Assembly: GCA_963422395.1 (NCBI GenBank)
Contig: OY729431.1
Coordinates: 1,120,001 to 1,184,000, forward strand
Direction of reading: 5' to 3'
DNA length: 64,000 nucleotides
Source of the DNA: Vicinamibacteria bacterium
GTDB taxonomy: Bacteria > Acidobacteriota > Vicinamibacteria > Marinacidobacterales > Marinacidobacteraceae
In this document: positions 43,195-54,734 of the stretch, in pieces
Position numbering within the stretch: position 1 is the first letter of the stretch
Layout: every line of letters begins with the position of its first letter
Program-made: the position numbers and the translations under genes
The notes under the pieces: model-generated
The model's input: the letters and a program-made list of their open reading frames with translations, nothing else
Databases searched by the model: none
What the model was told of the DNA's origin: nothing

Positions 43195-44385
43195 GTGAGC
43201 GACCCCTCGATCCGCCTCGCCTCCCGGGTCGGCACGATCTCATCCTCGCCGACCATGGCGGTCATGGCGGAGGCGATGCGGCTTCGGGCCGCTGGCGAGG
43301 CGGTGGTGGATCTTTCGGCTGGCCAGCCGGATTTCGACACCCCCCAGGTCGCCCGGGATGCCGGGATCGCGGCTATCGAGTCCGGGTACACCCGCTATAC
43401 GCCGAATCCCGGCGCTGCCGAGCTGCGGAGCGCCGTTGCCGCTGGTTACCGACGCGACTTCGGTCTCGATTGCACCGCCGGCGAGGTGCTGATCACCTCG
43501 GGGGGGAAACACGCCCTCACCGGCCTGCTCCTCGCCACCTGCGAACCGGGCGACGAAGTGGTGATTCCGACCCCGTACTGGCCGACCTTTCCCGAGCAGG
43601 TCCGGATCGCCGGAGCCCGTCCGGTGTTCGCGGGCACGGACGAAGCGAGCGGGTTCCGGCCTACCCGCGCTGCGCTCGAACCGGCCGTCTCGGATTCGAC
43701 GCGGGCCATCATCCTGAACATCCCGGGGAATCCCTCGGGCGTCGTTCTTTCTCCCGAAGAACTCGAAGCGGTCGCTCGCCTCGCGGCCGGGGCGGACGCC
43801 TGGCTGCTCTGGGACGACACTTACGCGCGGCTCACTTTCGAGCCGGCTCCCGAAGGCGCATACCGGCGACTCGCAGACATTCTCGGCCACCGACTGCTCA
43901 TCGCCGGCGGGGCGTCCAAGTCGTACGCCATGACCGGCTGGCGGCTCGGCTGGGCGATCGGTCCCGAGCCGGTCATCGAAGCAGCCGCTTCCCTCCAGAG
44001 TCAGATGACATCGAGCGCCTGCGCGATCTCGCAAAAGGCGGCGCTCGCCGCGGTCCGCGCGGACCCCGCAGATTTCGCCTGGATGTCCCGGGAGTTCGCG
44101 CGGCGGATGACGCGGATGCGCGAGGGGCTGCTTCGGATCGAAGGAGTCCGCTGCGGCGCACCGGACGGCGGCTTCTATCTGTTTCCCAACTTCGCCGGAT
44201 GTCTGGCGTCCGGCGAGGGCTCGATCGCTCTCGCTTCCGCGCTGCTCGACCGCGAGCGCGTCGCCGCCGTTCCCGGCGCCGCGTTCGGTCACGACACCCA
44301 TCTCCGACTGAGTTACGCAACTTCCGACGACGAGATCGCCGAAGGCGTGTCCCGCCTCCAGCGTTTCTTCGCTCAGCGCGCTTAG
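43195..44385 (+). CDS. class I/II PLP aminotransferase (aspartate aminotransferase-like)
   Basis: GQPDFDTP, PGNPSG, SKSYAMTGWRLG, LRLSYA. Confidence 0.92.
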   Translation: MSDPSIRLASRVGTISSSPTMAVMAEAMRLRAAGEAVVDLSAGQPDFDTPQVARDAGIAAIESGYTRYTPNPGAAELRSAVAAGYRRDFGLDCTAGEVLITSGGKHALTGLLLATCEPGDEVVIPTPYWPTFPEQVRIAGARPVFAGTDEASGFRPTRAALEPAVSDSTRAIILNIPGNPSGVVLSPEELEAVARLAAGADAWLLWDDTYARLTFEPAPEGAYRRLADILGHRLLIAGGASKSYAMTGWRLGWAIGPEPVIEAAASLQSQMTSSACAISQKAALAAVRADPADFAWMSREFARRMTRMREGLLRIEGVRCGAPDGGFYLFPNFAGCLASGEGSIALASALLDRERVAAVPGAAFGHDTHLRLSYATSDDEIAEGVSRLQRFFAQRA

Positions 44386-44491
44386 CGCAGCGCGCAGGCG
44401 CTGCCGTGCGTGCGGGGAGGAGACTCCCTCATTCCCCGCGAAAAGAGAAAGGGGGCGGAGGGAGCCGCCGAAGCGATGCGCACCGCTGCTA

Positions 44492-44520
44492 TTGCCCTGC
44501 CAAGCCCCGCGCCGTAGAAT
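44492..44520 (+). promoter_or_regulatory. sigma70-type promoter of icd operon
   Basis: TTGCCC-N17-TAGAAT. Confidence 0.65.
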
Positions 44521-44754
44521 TCCCCGGTTTCCGGAGCCGGCCCGGGGATCAGCCAAGCGGCCCCGGGGGCTCTGGATACGCTCCGGCAGGAGCGGGAAGG
44601 CCCCCTCCCAACAGGCAGATCCAGACGCTGGCAAGGCGCAACTTCTGGTCGGCTTTCTGGTCGGCTCGTGGGCAGCGGCTTCGACCAGCGGGGGATTCCC
44701 CCCGCACGAAAGCGCGCAGACCAACCGGCGAAAGGCCGGCTGACAGAGGAGTCC
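44521..44754 (+). promoter_or_regulatory. candidate structured 5' leader RNA
   Basis: About 230 nt between promoter and icd ATG with consecutive hairpins and GNRA-type loops. Confidence 0.4.
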
Positions 44755-46155
<1,401 letters not shown>

Positions 46156-46200
46156 CGGGCGCGGTTCCCGAGAGGGTCGGAAAAGAGGGGTTCAGTCGGA

Positions 46201-47127
46201 ATGCTTCCGAAAGTCACCGTCATCGGCGCCGGGAATGTCGGCGCCACGACCGCGCAGCGGCTCGCCGACGCCGAGCTGAGCGATGTCGTCCTGATCGACA
46301 TCATCGACGGAATTCCGCAGGGCAAGGGTCTCGACATGCTGGAAGCCCGTCCGATGACCGGCGTCGATGTCCGGGTCTCGGGAACTTGCGACTACGCCGA
46401 CACCGCCGGTTCCGATGTGGTGGTCATCACCGCCGGACTGCCGCGGCAGGCGGGGATGAGCCGCGACGACCTGCTTCGCAAGAACCACGACATCGTGAGC
46501 AGCGTGACCCGTCAGGCGGTCGCCCATTCGCCGGAGGCCATCCTGGTGGTGGTCTCGAATCCGCTCGACGCCATGGCGCAAAGCGCCCTGCGGGCGAGCG
46601 GACTGCCGAAACAGCGGGTGGTCGGGATGGCCGGCGTGCTCGATGCGGCGCGGATGCGGACCTTCATCGCTGCCGAACTCGATGTCTCGGTGGAGAATGT
46701 CCACGCCTTCGTGCTCGGCGGCCACGGCGACGACATGGTGCCGCTCCCCCGGTATTCCACCGTTGCCGGCATCCCGCTGCCGGACATTCTTTCCGGGGAG
46801 GCCGTTGCCCGCATCGTGGAGCGCACCCGAAAAGGGGGCGGGGAGATCGTGGCCTTCCTGAAGACCGGATCCGCCTACTACGCCCCTTCCGCCGCCATCG
46901 TCGAGATGGTGGACGCCATCCTGAAGGACAAGAAGAAGATCCTCCCCTGTGCCGCCTTCCTCGAGGGCGAATATGGTGTGCGCGGCCTCTATCTCGGCGT
47001 GCCGGTGAAACTCGGCCGCGGCGGCGTGGAGGAGATCGTTCCGATTCGCCTCACCGACGCGGAGCAGGAAGCCCTGGACCGTTCGGCAGCCTCGGTTCGC
47101 GAGCTCACCGGGAAGATCGGCGTCTGA
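46201..47127 (+). CDS. mdh: malate dehydrogenase (LDH-like)
   Basis: [35 protein letters not shown]. Confidence 0.96.
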   Translation: MLPKVTVIGAGNVGATTAQRLADAELSDVVLIDIIDGIPQGKGLDMLEARPMTGVDVRVSGTCDYADTAGSDVVVITAGLPRQAGMSRDDLLRKNHDIVSSVTRQAVAHSPEAILVVVSNPLDAMAQSALRASGLPKQRVVGMAGVLDAARMRTFIAAELDVSVENVHAFVLGGHGDDMVPLPRYSTVAGIPLPDILSGEAVARIVERTRKGGGEIVAFLKTGSAYYAPSAAIVEMVDAILKDKKKILPCAAFLEGEYGVRGLYLGVPVKLGRGGVEEIVPIRLTDAEQEALDRSAASVRELTGKIGV

Positions 47128-47139
47128 AGTCGCGCTGCG

Positions 47140-48303
47140 ATGAATCTCCACGAACACCAGGCCAAGACCCTGCTCGCCGGCTACGGCGTGCCCGTTCCCC
47201 GGGGAAAGGTGGCCCACACCGTGGAAGAGGCGGAGGCCGCCGGTTCGGAGCTCGGCCTGCCGGTGGTGGTGAAGGCCCAGATCCACGCCGGGGGGCGGGG
47301 AAAGGCGGGAGGCGTGCGGCTCGCCCGGACGGCAGGGGAGGTCCTCGCCGCGGCCGAAGCGCTCCTCGGCTCCACGCTCATCACGAAACAGACGGGCCCG
47401 GACGGCAGGCTCGTCCGCCGGCTGTTGGTCGAGGAAGGCGTGGAGATCGCCCGGGAGTTGTATGTCAGCTTCGTGATCGATCGGTCGAGCGGTCGGCCCC
47501 TCTGCATCGCGAGCGCTGCCGGAGGGGTGGACATCGAGGAGGTGGCGGCGAGCTCTCCGGAAAAGATCCTGAAGGTGACGGTGGACCCGGCGATGGGGAT
47601 GCAGGGCTTCCAGGCCCGCCAACTCGGGTTCGGGCTCGGCTTCGAAGGGGAGGTGCTCCGGAACGGAGTGTCCTTCCTGCTCTCCCTCTACCGCGCCTTC
47701 GCGGGACTCGACGCCAGCCAGATCGAGATCAATCCGATGCTGGTCACCGGAAGCGGGGCCGTCATCGCGCTCGACGCCAAGGTCTCCGTGGACGACAGCG
47801 CGCTCTTCCGCCAGCCGCGGGCGGCGGCCCTGCGCGACATCCACGAGGAGTCGCCGCTCGAAGTCGAAGCCAGCCGGCACCGCCTGCACTACATCAAGCT
47901 CGACGGCGAGATCGGCTGCATGGTCAATGGCGCCGGGCTCGCGATGGCCACCATGGACATCGTGAAACTCGCCGGCGCCTCGCCCGCCAACTTCCTCGAT
48001 GTCGGCGGCGGGGCGAGCGCGGAACAGATCGAGAACGCCTTCCGCATCCTCTCGTCCGACGGTGCGGTGCGGACCGTCCTCATCAACATCTTCGGGGGCA
48101 TCCTGCGCTGCGATCGTCTCGCCGAGGGACTCATCGCCGCGGTCCGCAAACTGGATGTGCGCACCCCCATCGTGATCCGGATGGAGGGAACGAATGTAGA
48201 GATCGCACGTCGGATGCTCGAGGAATCGGGGCTCGATTTCACCACTGCGGACGGGATGCGCGACGCGGCCGATCAGGTGGTTCGCAAACTGGAGGCGGCA
48301 TGA
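47140..48303 (+). CDS. sucC: succinyl-CoA ligase beta subunit
   Basis: [42 protein letters not shown]. Confidence 0.97.
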   Translation: MNLHEHQAKTLLAGYGVPVPRGKVAHTVEEAEAAGSELGLPVVVKAQIHAGGRGKAGGVRLARTAGEVLAAAEALLGSTLITKQTGPDGRLVRRLLVEEGVEIARELYVSFVIDRSSGRPLCIASAAGGVDIEEVAASSPEKILKVTVDPAMGMQGFQARQLGFGLGFEGEVLRNGVSFLLSLYRAFAGLDASQIEINPMLVTGSGAVIALDAKVSVDDSALFRQPRAAALRDIHEESPLEVEASRHRLHYIKLDGEIGCMVNGAGLAMATMDIVKLAGASPANFLDVGGGASAEQIENAFRILSSDGAVRTVLINIFGGILRCDRLAEGLIAAVRKLDVRTPIVIRMEGTNVEIARRMLEESGLDFTTADGMRDAADQVVRKLEAA

Positions 48304-49175
48304 GCGTTCTCGTCGGGCGCGAGACTCGCCTCCTGGTGCAGGGCATCACCGGGCGAGAAGGTGCCTTCCATGCCGCAGCCTGCCGGGATTACGGCACTCG
48401 GGTGGTCGCCGGAGTCACACCCGGCAGAGGCGGACAGGAGGTTTTCGGGGTGCCGGTGTTCGATACGGTGGCGGAGGCGGTGGCGCGGACTGCGGCGAAT
48501 GCCGCCTTCGTGCTCGTCCCGCCCGCTTTCGCAGCCGACGCCATCGCCGAGTCGGTGGACGCCGGGGTGGAGCTGGTGGTGTCGATCACCGAGGGAGTCC
48601 CCACCTTCGACATGGTGCGGGTGCTGCGTGCGGCGGAGGGCTCCCGGACGCGTGTCCTCGGGCCGAACTGCCCCGGCGTCATCTCTCCGGGGCGCGCCAA
48701 GGTGGGGATCATGCCCGGCTTCATCCATCGGGAGGGCTCGGTGGGAGTCGTTTCCAGGAGTGGAACGCTCACCTACGAGGCGGTCCACCAGCTCAGCCAG
48801 CGCGGGATCGGCCAGAGCACCTGCGTCGGCATCGGCGGGGATCCGGTGATCGGCACCTCGTTCCTCGAGGTCCTGGAGCTGTTCGCCTCCGATGAGGGGA
48901 CCGAGGCGGTGGTTCTGATCGGCGAGATCGGCGGCGGCGCCGAGGAGGAAGCCGCCGGGTTCATCCGGAGGGAATTCGGCAAGCCGGTCGTGAGTTTCAT
49001 CGCCGGCCAGACCGCTCCCCCCGGCCGGCGGATGGGTCACGCCGGGGCCATCGTGATGGGCGGAAAAGGAACCGCAGCCGACAAGATGGAAGCACTTCGC
49101 TCGGCAGGTGCCCAGGTCGTCGAAAGCCCTGCCGACCTCGGCGCCGCCATGCAGGCGATGCTCGAAAACAGCTGA
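48300..49175 (+). CDS. sucD: succinyl-CoA ligase alpha subunit
   Basis: [30 protein letters not shown]. Confidence 0.97.
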   Translation: MSVLVGRETRLLVQGITGREGAFHAAACRDYGTRVVAGVTPGRGGQEVFGVPVFDTVAEAVARTAANAAFVLVPPAFAADAIAESVDAGVELVVSITEGVPTFDMVRVLRAAEGSRTRVLGPNCPGVISPGRAKVGIMPGFIHREGSVGVVSRSGTLTYEAVHQLSQRGIGQSTCVGIGGDPVIGTSFLEVLELFASDEGTEAVVLIGEIGGGAEEEAAGFIRREFGKPVVSFIAGQTAPPGRRMGHAGAIVMGGKGTAADKMEALRSAGAQVVESPADLGAAMQAMLENS

Positions 49176-49189
49176 CCTGGAGATCTCCG

Positions 49190-49600
49190 ATGCGAACCCT
49201 TGCGATCGTGAAGCCGGACGCCGTGGCCGCCGGCCACACCGGCGAGATCCTCTCCCTTCTCGAGGGGTTCGGGTTCCGGTTCGCCGCGATCCGGCTCTAC
49301 CGGCTCAGCCGCGCCGAGGCGGAGGGTTTCTACGCTGTCCACCGCGGGCGGCCCTTCTTTTCGAGTCTGACCGAGTTCATGTCCTCGGGGCCCTCGGTGC
49401 CCCTGGTGCTGGAGCGCGAGGACGCGATCCCGAAACTCCGCGAGGTGATGGGAACGACGAATCCTGCCGAGGCGGCGCCGGGGACGATCCGCGCTCGATT
49501 CGCTTCCTCGATCGGAGAAAATGCCATCCACGGGTCGGACTCTCCCGAATCGGCGGCCTTCGAGATCGGCTACTTCTTTCCGGGGATCGAACTGACCTGA
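49190..49600 (+). CDS. ndk: nucleoside diphosphate kinase
   Basis: [24 protein letters not shown]. Confidence 0.97.
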   Translation: MRTLAIVKPDAVAAGHTGEILSLLEGFGFRFAAIRLYRLSRAEAEGFYAVHRGRPFFSSLTEFMSSGPSVPLVLEREDAIPKLREVMGTTNPAEAAPGTIRARFASSIGENAIHGSDSPESAAFEIGYFFPGIELT

Positions 49601-49613
49601 ACGAGGTGCAGCC

Positions 49614-50207
49614 GTGCCCAGCATCAAGCCGGACCGCTGGATCCGGAAGATGGCGAGAGAGAAAGGCCTGATCGATCCCTTCGTGGACCACCAGGTGGGG
49701 GAGGGGGTGATCTCGTACGGGCTCTCCGCCTACGGCTACGACATCCGGGTGTCGAACGAGTTCAAGATCTTCACGAATGTCTATGCCGCCGTCGTGGACC
49801 CGAAGAACTTCGACGAACGCAGCTTCGTGGACTACGAGGGCGAGGTCTGCGTGATTCCGCCCAACTCGTTCGCGCTCTCGAACACCATCGAGAACTTTCG
49901 GATTCCCAAGAATGTATACGGAATCTGCATCGGCAAGTCCACTTACGCTCGCTGCGGAATCCTCATCAATGTGACCGGATTCGATGCTGGGTGGGAGGGC
50001 AACGCGACGCTCGAAATCTCGAACACCACGCCTCTCCCCTGCCGCATCTACGCGCGCGAGGGTATCGCTCAGGTCCTCTTCTTCGAGAGCGACGAAGCGT
50101 GCGAAATCAGCTACCGCGATCGGAAGGGCAAGTATCAGGGGCAGCAGCACATCACTCTTCCCACCATTCTGCCCTCCCCGAAAAAGGACCGCAGCAGCGG
50201 GAAGTGA
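49614..50207 (+). CDS. dcd: dCTP deaminase
   Basis: [33 protein letters not shown]. Confidence 0.94.
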   Translation: MPSIKPDRWIRKMAREKGLIDPFVDHQVGEGVISYGLSAYGYDIRVSNEFKIFTNVYAAVVDPKNFDERSFVDYEGEVCVIPPNSFALSNTIENFRIPKNVYGICIGKSTYARCGILINVTGFDAGWEGNATLEISNTTPLPCRIYAREGIAQVLFFESDEACEISYRDRKGKYQGQQHITLPTILPSPKKDRSSGK

Positions 50208-50244
50208 GCGCCCTTCGGGGCCGCCCGGGGTGCGAGTGCCCGGC

Positions 50245-50754
50245 ATGCAACTGATCGCCGGCTCCGAGCTCCGCCGGCGCCTCGGAGCGGCTCCCCCCCT
50301 GCTTTCCGGGCTCCCCGACCCGGAGATCCAGATCCAGATGAATGGCGTGGACCTCACTCTGGCCGAAGTGGCGGCCTTCGGCTCGGGGCCGGGTCGGGTG
50401 GACTTCGACAACCGGACCCGCAGGACCCCCGCCCCGGAGGCGATTCCCCCAGACTCCGACGGGGTGTGGCGGCTTTCTGAGGGCGCCTACTGGATCCGCT
50501 ACAACGAGATCGTGAGCATTCCGGCGGACATCTTCGCCTTGGGCCGCACCCGCTCCTCGCTGCTGCGGTGCGGAGCCCAGATCGGCACCGCGCTGTGGGA
50601 TTCGGGCTACCGCGGCCGCAGCGGTTCGCTCCTCACCATCCACCACCAGGATGGCATCGAACTCACCCGGAACGCCCGCGTCCTCCAGCTCGTCTTCTTC
50701 CTGCTCCCGGCTCCAGCAGACCGCAGCTACGCCGGTGCCTACCAGGACGAATAG
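50245..50754 (+). CDS. dUTPase of the dCTP-deaminase-like (archaeal-type) subfamily
   Basis: QMNGVDLT, RSSLLRCG, WDSGYRG, YAGAYQ. Confidence 0.8.
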   Translation: MQLIAGSELRRRLGAAPPLLSGLPDPEIQIQMNGVDLTLAEVAAFGSGPGRVDFDNRTRRTPAPEAIPPDSDGVWRLSEGAYWIRYNEIVSIPADIFALGRTRSSLLRCGAQIGTALWDSGYRGRSGSLLTIHHQDGIELTRNARVLQLVFFLLPAPADRSYAGAYQDE

Positions 50755-50910
50755 ACCCGAGCGGTCCGGAAACGAGGCGTGATGCCGCGTTGCATCTTGC
50801 GATTTCGTGAGAGCGGGGACGCCCCATTCCGCGGCGCCGCCCCCGAAGCGAAGCTTCGGCCGCAACGGATGTTTTTAGCGCGGTAGGTCTTCGGGGCCGA
50901 CCGCGGTCCG

Positions 50911-51894
50911 CTACAGCAGGCGGAACTCCACCTCGATTTCGGCAAGCACATCCACCGCCTCGCCCCGGAAGCTGCCCGGCAGGAAGATCCATTCTCGAAC
51001 CGCGGCGATAGCCTTGGCGTCGAGGCCGGCGTCGAGGCTGCGGATCACTCTCGACGGGCCCACCCGACCGTTCTTGAGGATCACCACCTCGAGAATCACG
51101 ATGCCCTCGATTTTCCGCGACAGCGCATCGTCGGTGTATTCGGGAGTGATCCGGCGGCGTAGCTGGGGCGGCTCGACACCGCTGCCGATGCGGTAGGCGC
51201 CGCCGCCGAAACCGCCGCCGGTGCCCGCTCCGATCCCGTCGCCGTCTCCCTCGCCGAGGCCGCCGCCGCTGCCGGTGCCCGCTCCACCGTCGCGCCCGCT
51301 TCCCGCCCGCTGGAAGGTCAGCAGCTCCGAGGCGCCGCGGATCAGCCCCGCTAGCGATTCCGGATCGGGCATCGCCGCTGCGAAGGGCGCCTGAACGGCG
51401 TCTTCCAGGAATTCTTCCACCAGCTCCTCGGGATCCTCGAACATGAGCTCTTCCGGTTCGGGGGCGGTCGAAACGGCGACGAGTGCCTGGTCTTCCCCCT
51501 CCGCCTGGAGCTCCGCAGGGTCCACCGCGGACTCGTCACCGCCGCCTCCGCCGCCGCCCCCCGGCCCCGGCTCGACCAGGAAGACGAGGCCCGGCAGGTC
51601 CAGTCCGGCCTCCTGGATCTCTTCGACAGCAAAAATTCCGAAAACGATCAACGCCAGGATGACGCTGTGGACGGCGAGCGCGGAGGCGAAACCGCCGCGT
51701 CCGCTGTAGAGACCGGAATCGAGATGGACGAGCGGACGCCCGGTGATCGCGCTGACCTCGGGCTCCGCCGGCTTCCAGAAGGTCCGGGCCGCCGCTACGA
51801 GGCGCGAAGTGAAGGACGAAGCCGGAGAACCGTCCGGAGACGAGCCGTTCGGAGACAGTGGAGAATGCGTGCGACGGGACCGCTGTTCCCGCAT
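50911..51894 (-). CDS. TonB family energy transducer
   Basis: TM with SALAVHSV, Gly-rich linker, C-terminal PEYTDDA...GIVILEVVI...LDAKAIAAVREWIFLPG. Confidence 0.88.
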   Translation of the reverse strand: MREQRSRRTHSPLSPNGSSPDGSPASSFTSRLVAAARTFWKPAEPEVSAITGRPLVHLDSGLYSGRGGFASALAVHSVILALIVFGIFAVEEIQEAGLDLPGLVFLVEPGPGGGGGGGGDESAVDPAELQAEGEDQALVAVSTAPEPEELMFEDPEELVEEFLEDAVQAPFAAAMPDPESLAGLIRGASELLTFQRAGSGRDGGAGTGSGGGLGEGDGDGIGAGTGGGFGGGAYRIGSGVEPPQLRRRITPEYTDDALSRKIEGIVILEVVILKNGRVGPSRVIRSLDAGLDAKAIAAVREWIFLPGSFRGEAVDVLAEIEVEFRLL

Positions 51895-52031
51895 TGTAGC
51901 GACCGGATCGGGACCGCTGCGTGGTACCCTCCGCACCCCGCGCGCGGCTTCCCGATCGGACCGGGACCCGGTGCGCCGGTTCCCGGGTCTTCGTTCTTCA
52001 TCTGTTCGACCGCCCCGAACCGCCCGCTTCC

Positions 52032-52547
52032 ATGCTTCTTTCCTTGGGCGGCCACTCGCCGGTGGTGCCTGTTTCCGCTTTCGTCGCCCCGGGCGCCGTG
52101 CTCATCGGCGATGTCGCCCTCGGCGAGGACGCGTCCATCTGGTTCGGCGCCGTGCTGCGGGGTGATGGGTGCGCCATCCGCTTCGGCGCCCGCTCGAATC
52201 TGCAGGACCAGGCGGTGGTCCACGGGAACGGAGGTGCCGAGCCGACGCTCATCGACGAAGAAGTGACTGTTGGCCACCAGGCAGTGCTCCATGGGTGCCG
52301 CCTGGGCCGGCGGTGCCTCGTCGGGATGGGTGCGGTGGTCCTCGATGGCGTTTCGGTGGGCGCTGAAGCGATGGTAGCCGCCGGCACGGTCGTTCCGCCC
52401 GGCCTTCGGATTCCCTCGCGCGTCCTCGTCCGGGGAGTGCCCGGCCGGGTGGCTCGTCCGTTGGCCGATGCCGAAATCGCACACCTCGAGGCGTCGGCGG
52501 CACAGTACGTCGCCCTCAAGAATCGCTATCTCGGGGAGCACCGGTGA
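52032..52547 (+). CDS. gamma carbonic anhydrase family hexapeptide-repeat protein
   Basis: VLRGD, SNLQDQAVVH, TVGHQAVLHGC. Confidence 0.9.
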   Translation: MLLSLGGHSPVVPVSAFVAPGAVLIGDVALGEDASIWFGAVLRGDGCAIRFGARSNLQDQAVVHGNGGAEPTLIDEEVTVGHQAVLHGCRLGRRCLVGMGAVVLDGVSVGAEAMVAAGTVVPPGLRIPSRVLVRGVPGRVARPLADAEIAHLEASAAQYVALKNRYLGEHR

Positions 52548-54355
52548 CCGTCCCGACCGCTCCCTCGCACCACTGCGCCGAACTCGGCCCGGAAGACGCC
52601 GGAAGCCGGGTCATCCTGATGGGCTGGGTGGAGCGCATCCGCGACCTGGGCGGTCTGCTCTTCCTCGATCTCCGTGATTACCGCGGCATTACCCAGATCG
52701 TGGTCGGCCCCGATTCGGAAGCCCTCGGCGAGGCGAAGCGAGCAGCTCCGTGGTGGGTGCTCGCGGTCGAGGGGAAAGTCCTGGCGCGCGAGCCCGAAAC
52801 CGTGAACCCGTCGATCGCCACCGGAGAGATCGAGGTCGCCGCGGAGCAGATCCAGGTGCTCAGCCAGTCGCGGACCCCGCCGTTCGCACCGACCGATTCG
52901 GAAGGAGTCGCCGAAGACCTGCGCCTCCGCTATCGATACCTCGACCTCAGGAATCCGCGCCTCCAACGCAATCTTCGTATTCGCGGCAGGTTGGCTGCCG
53001 AAGTGCGCAGGCACCTCGACGACCACGGATTCCTCGAGATCGAGACCCCGTTTCTGACCCGCTCGACCCCCGAGGGAGCGCGTGATTACCTGGTGCCCTC
53101 GCGGGTCCATCGCGGCCGTTTCTACGCACTTCCGCAATCTCCCCAACTCTTCAAGCAGCTGCTCATGATCGGCGGGATGGACCGCTATTACCAGATCGCG
53201 CGCTGTTTCCGGGACGAAGACCTTCGTGCTGACCGCCAGCCGGAATTCACCCAGGTGGACATCGAGATGTCCTTCACCGATCCCGATCAGGTCATCGGCA
53301 TCACCGAGGGGCTTTTCGAACGCGCCCTCTCTGCGGTGGGCATCGAGGTGCGGCCGCCCTTCCCGCGTTTTACCTACGAAGAGGCGCTGGAGCGTTTCGG
53401 AGTGGACCGCCCCGATCTCCGCTACGGCGCCGAGATCACCGACCTCACCGAAATCGGCCGAGGGGCCGCCCACCCGGTCCTCGACCGCGCGCTTTCCGCC
53501 GGCGGCACCCTCCGCGGTCTCGCGGCGCCGGGCTGCGCGGGGCTTTCGCGGAAGCGCCTCGGAGAACTCGAGGCAACTGCGATCGATGCGGGCGCGGGCG
53601 GCCTCTTCTGGGCGGCGTTCCGGGACGGAGAGATCCGTTCGCCCCTGCGCAAGGCTCTGGGCCGCGACCGGCTTCGCCGCCTGCTCGAAGCTGCGGGCGG
53701 CGGGTCGGAAGATCTGCTACTGATGGTGGCGGGAGAGAGCCGGACTGCCTGTCGGGCGCTCGGGGTGCTGCGGCGCCAGCTCTCCGTGAGCGAAGGCTGG
53801 ATCGGGACGGGAGATTTTCGAATGGCGTGGGTGACCGATTTCCCCCTGTTCGAGACTTCGGAGCAGGGGCAGCGGCTCACCTCGGTCCACCACCCGTTCA
53901 CCAGCCCTCATCCCGAAGATCTGGACCGCATCGAAAGTGACCCCCTTCGGGTTCGTTCCCTCGCCTACGATGTTGTCGCGAACGGGCACGAACTCGGCGG
54001 GGGAAGCATCCGGATCCATGATCGGGCGCTTCAGCAGCGGATCTTCGATGTTCTCGATATCCCTTCTGCGGAAGCGGCCGAACGCTTCGGATTCTTCCTC
54101 GAGGCTCTCGAATACGGCACTCCTCCGCACGGCGGGATCGCTCTCGGCTTCGACCGAATCGCCATGCTCGCCTCGGGAAGCTCGAGTCTGCGCGAAGTGA
54201 TCGCCTTCCCCAAGACCACCTCGGCCATGGATCTCATGACGGGGTCCCCCGCCGGAGTCCGCGACTCCCAGCTCGACGAGGCGGGGGTCAGCCTGAAATC
54301 GCCCGACTCTCGGGCCGGGCGGACCGGGAACGCCCTGGCAGAGGTCGAAGAGTGA
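52544..54355 (+). CDS. aspS: aspartate--tRNA ligase
   Basis: RDLGG, RYRYLDLR, TPEGARDY, FRDEDLRADRQPEF, PPHGGIALG. Confidence 0.97.
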   Translation: MTVPTAPSHHCAELGPEDAGSRVILMGWVERIRDLGGLLFLDLRDYRGITQIVVGPDSEALGEAKRAAPWWVLAVEGKVLAREPETVNPSIATGEIEVAAEQIQVLSQSRTPPFAPTDSEGVAEDLRLRYRYLDLRNPRLQRNLRIRGRLAAEVRRHLDDHGFLEIETPFLTRSTPEGARDYLVPSRVHRGRFYALPQSPQLFKQLLMIGGMDRYYQIARCFRDEDLRADRQPEFTQVDIEMSFTDPDQVIGITEGLFERALSAVGIEVRPPFPRFTYEEALERFGVDRPDLRYGAEITDLTEIGRGAAHPVLDRALSAGGTLRGLAAPGCAGLSRKRLGELEATAIDAGAGGLFWAAFRDGEIRSPLRKALGRDRLRRLLEAAGGGSEDLLLMVAGESRTACRALGVLRRQLSVSEGWIGTGDFRMAWVTDFPLFETSEQGQRLTSVHHPFTSPHPEDLDRIESDPLRVRSLAYDVVANGHELGGGSIRIHDRALQQRIFDVLDIPSAEAAERFGFFLEALEYGTPPHGGIALGFDRIAMLASGSSSLREVIAFPKTTSAMDLMTGSPAGVRDSQLDEAGVSLKSPDSRAGRTGNALAEVEE

Positions 54356-54473
54356 ATCCGATGCAAAAAACAGCTTGTTGCGCCCGAGGCTACGGCTCGG
54401 GCGCGGCGCAGCGGGGGAAAGTGTGAAAGGGGGTTCACCCCCGTTCACCGAATGGTGACTTCGAATCGCACTC
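54350..54473. repeat. palindromic REP/MITE-like element
   Basis: Hairpins GCGCCCGAG-N7-CTCGGGCGC and GTGAAAGGGGG-TTCA-CCCCCGTTCAC; imperfect outer inverted ends GAGTG...CACTC. Confidence 0.4.
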
Positions 54474-54734
54474 GCTGCCGCCCGATCCGGTGCTGGCTGC
54501 GAACCGAACCGCTCGGCCTTGCCGCGGTTCTGGAGTGTGTGCTAGCGTCTTGGCCGTTCATGAGGCGCGCGGACGGACTCTCTTCCCGGGCGCGCTTTTG
54601 CGGCATTCCGTGCTGAACCGGTCCGGCGGCCTGTCCTCCGTGGGACTGCCGGCAGTTGATCCGGGGCCTCTGGCGATGGCCTTTTCGCCTGCCGGTGCGA
54701 GCGAGCCCCCTGGGTTTCGGGACTTGTGCCGCCC

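Noticed and set aside
46386-48299. Apparent 929-aa SucD fusion and similar N-terminal extensions (PHP, RsbU, CoaD, RsmD)
   Set aside because: Upstream parts overlap real genes in another frame; internal starts give normal-length proteins.
50755-50910. Possible further MITE between dut and tonB
   Set aside because: Only weak inverted repeats; no match to the CAGCC-GTGGAC end motif.
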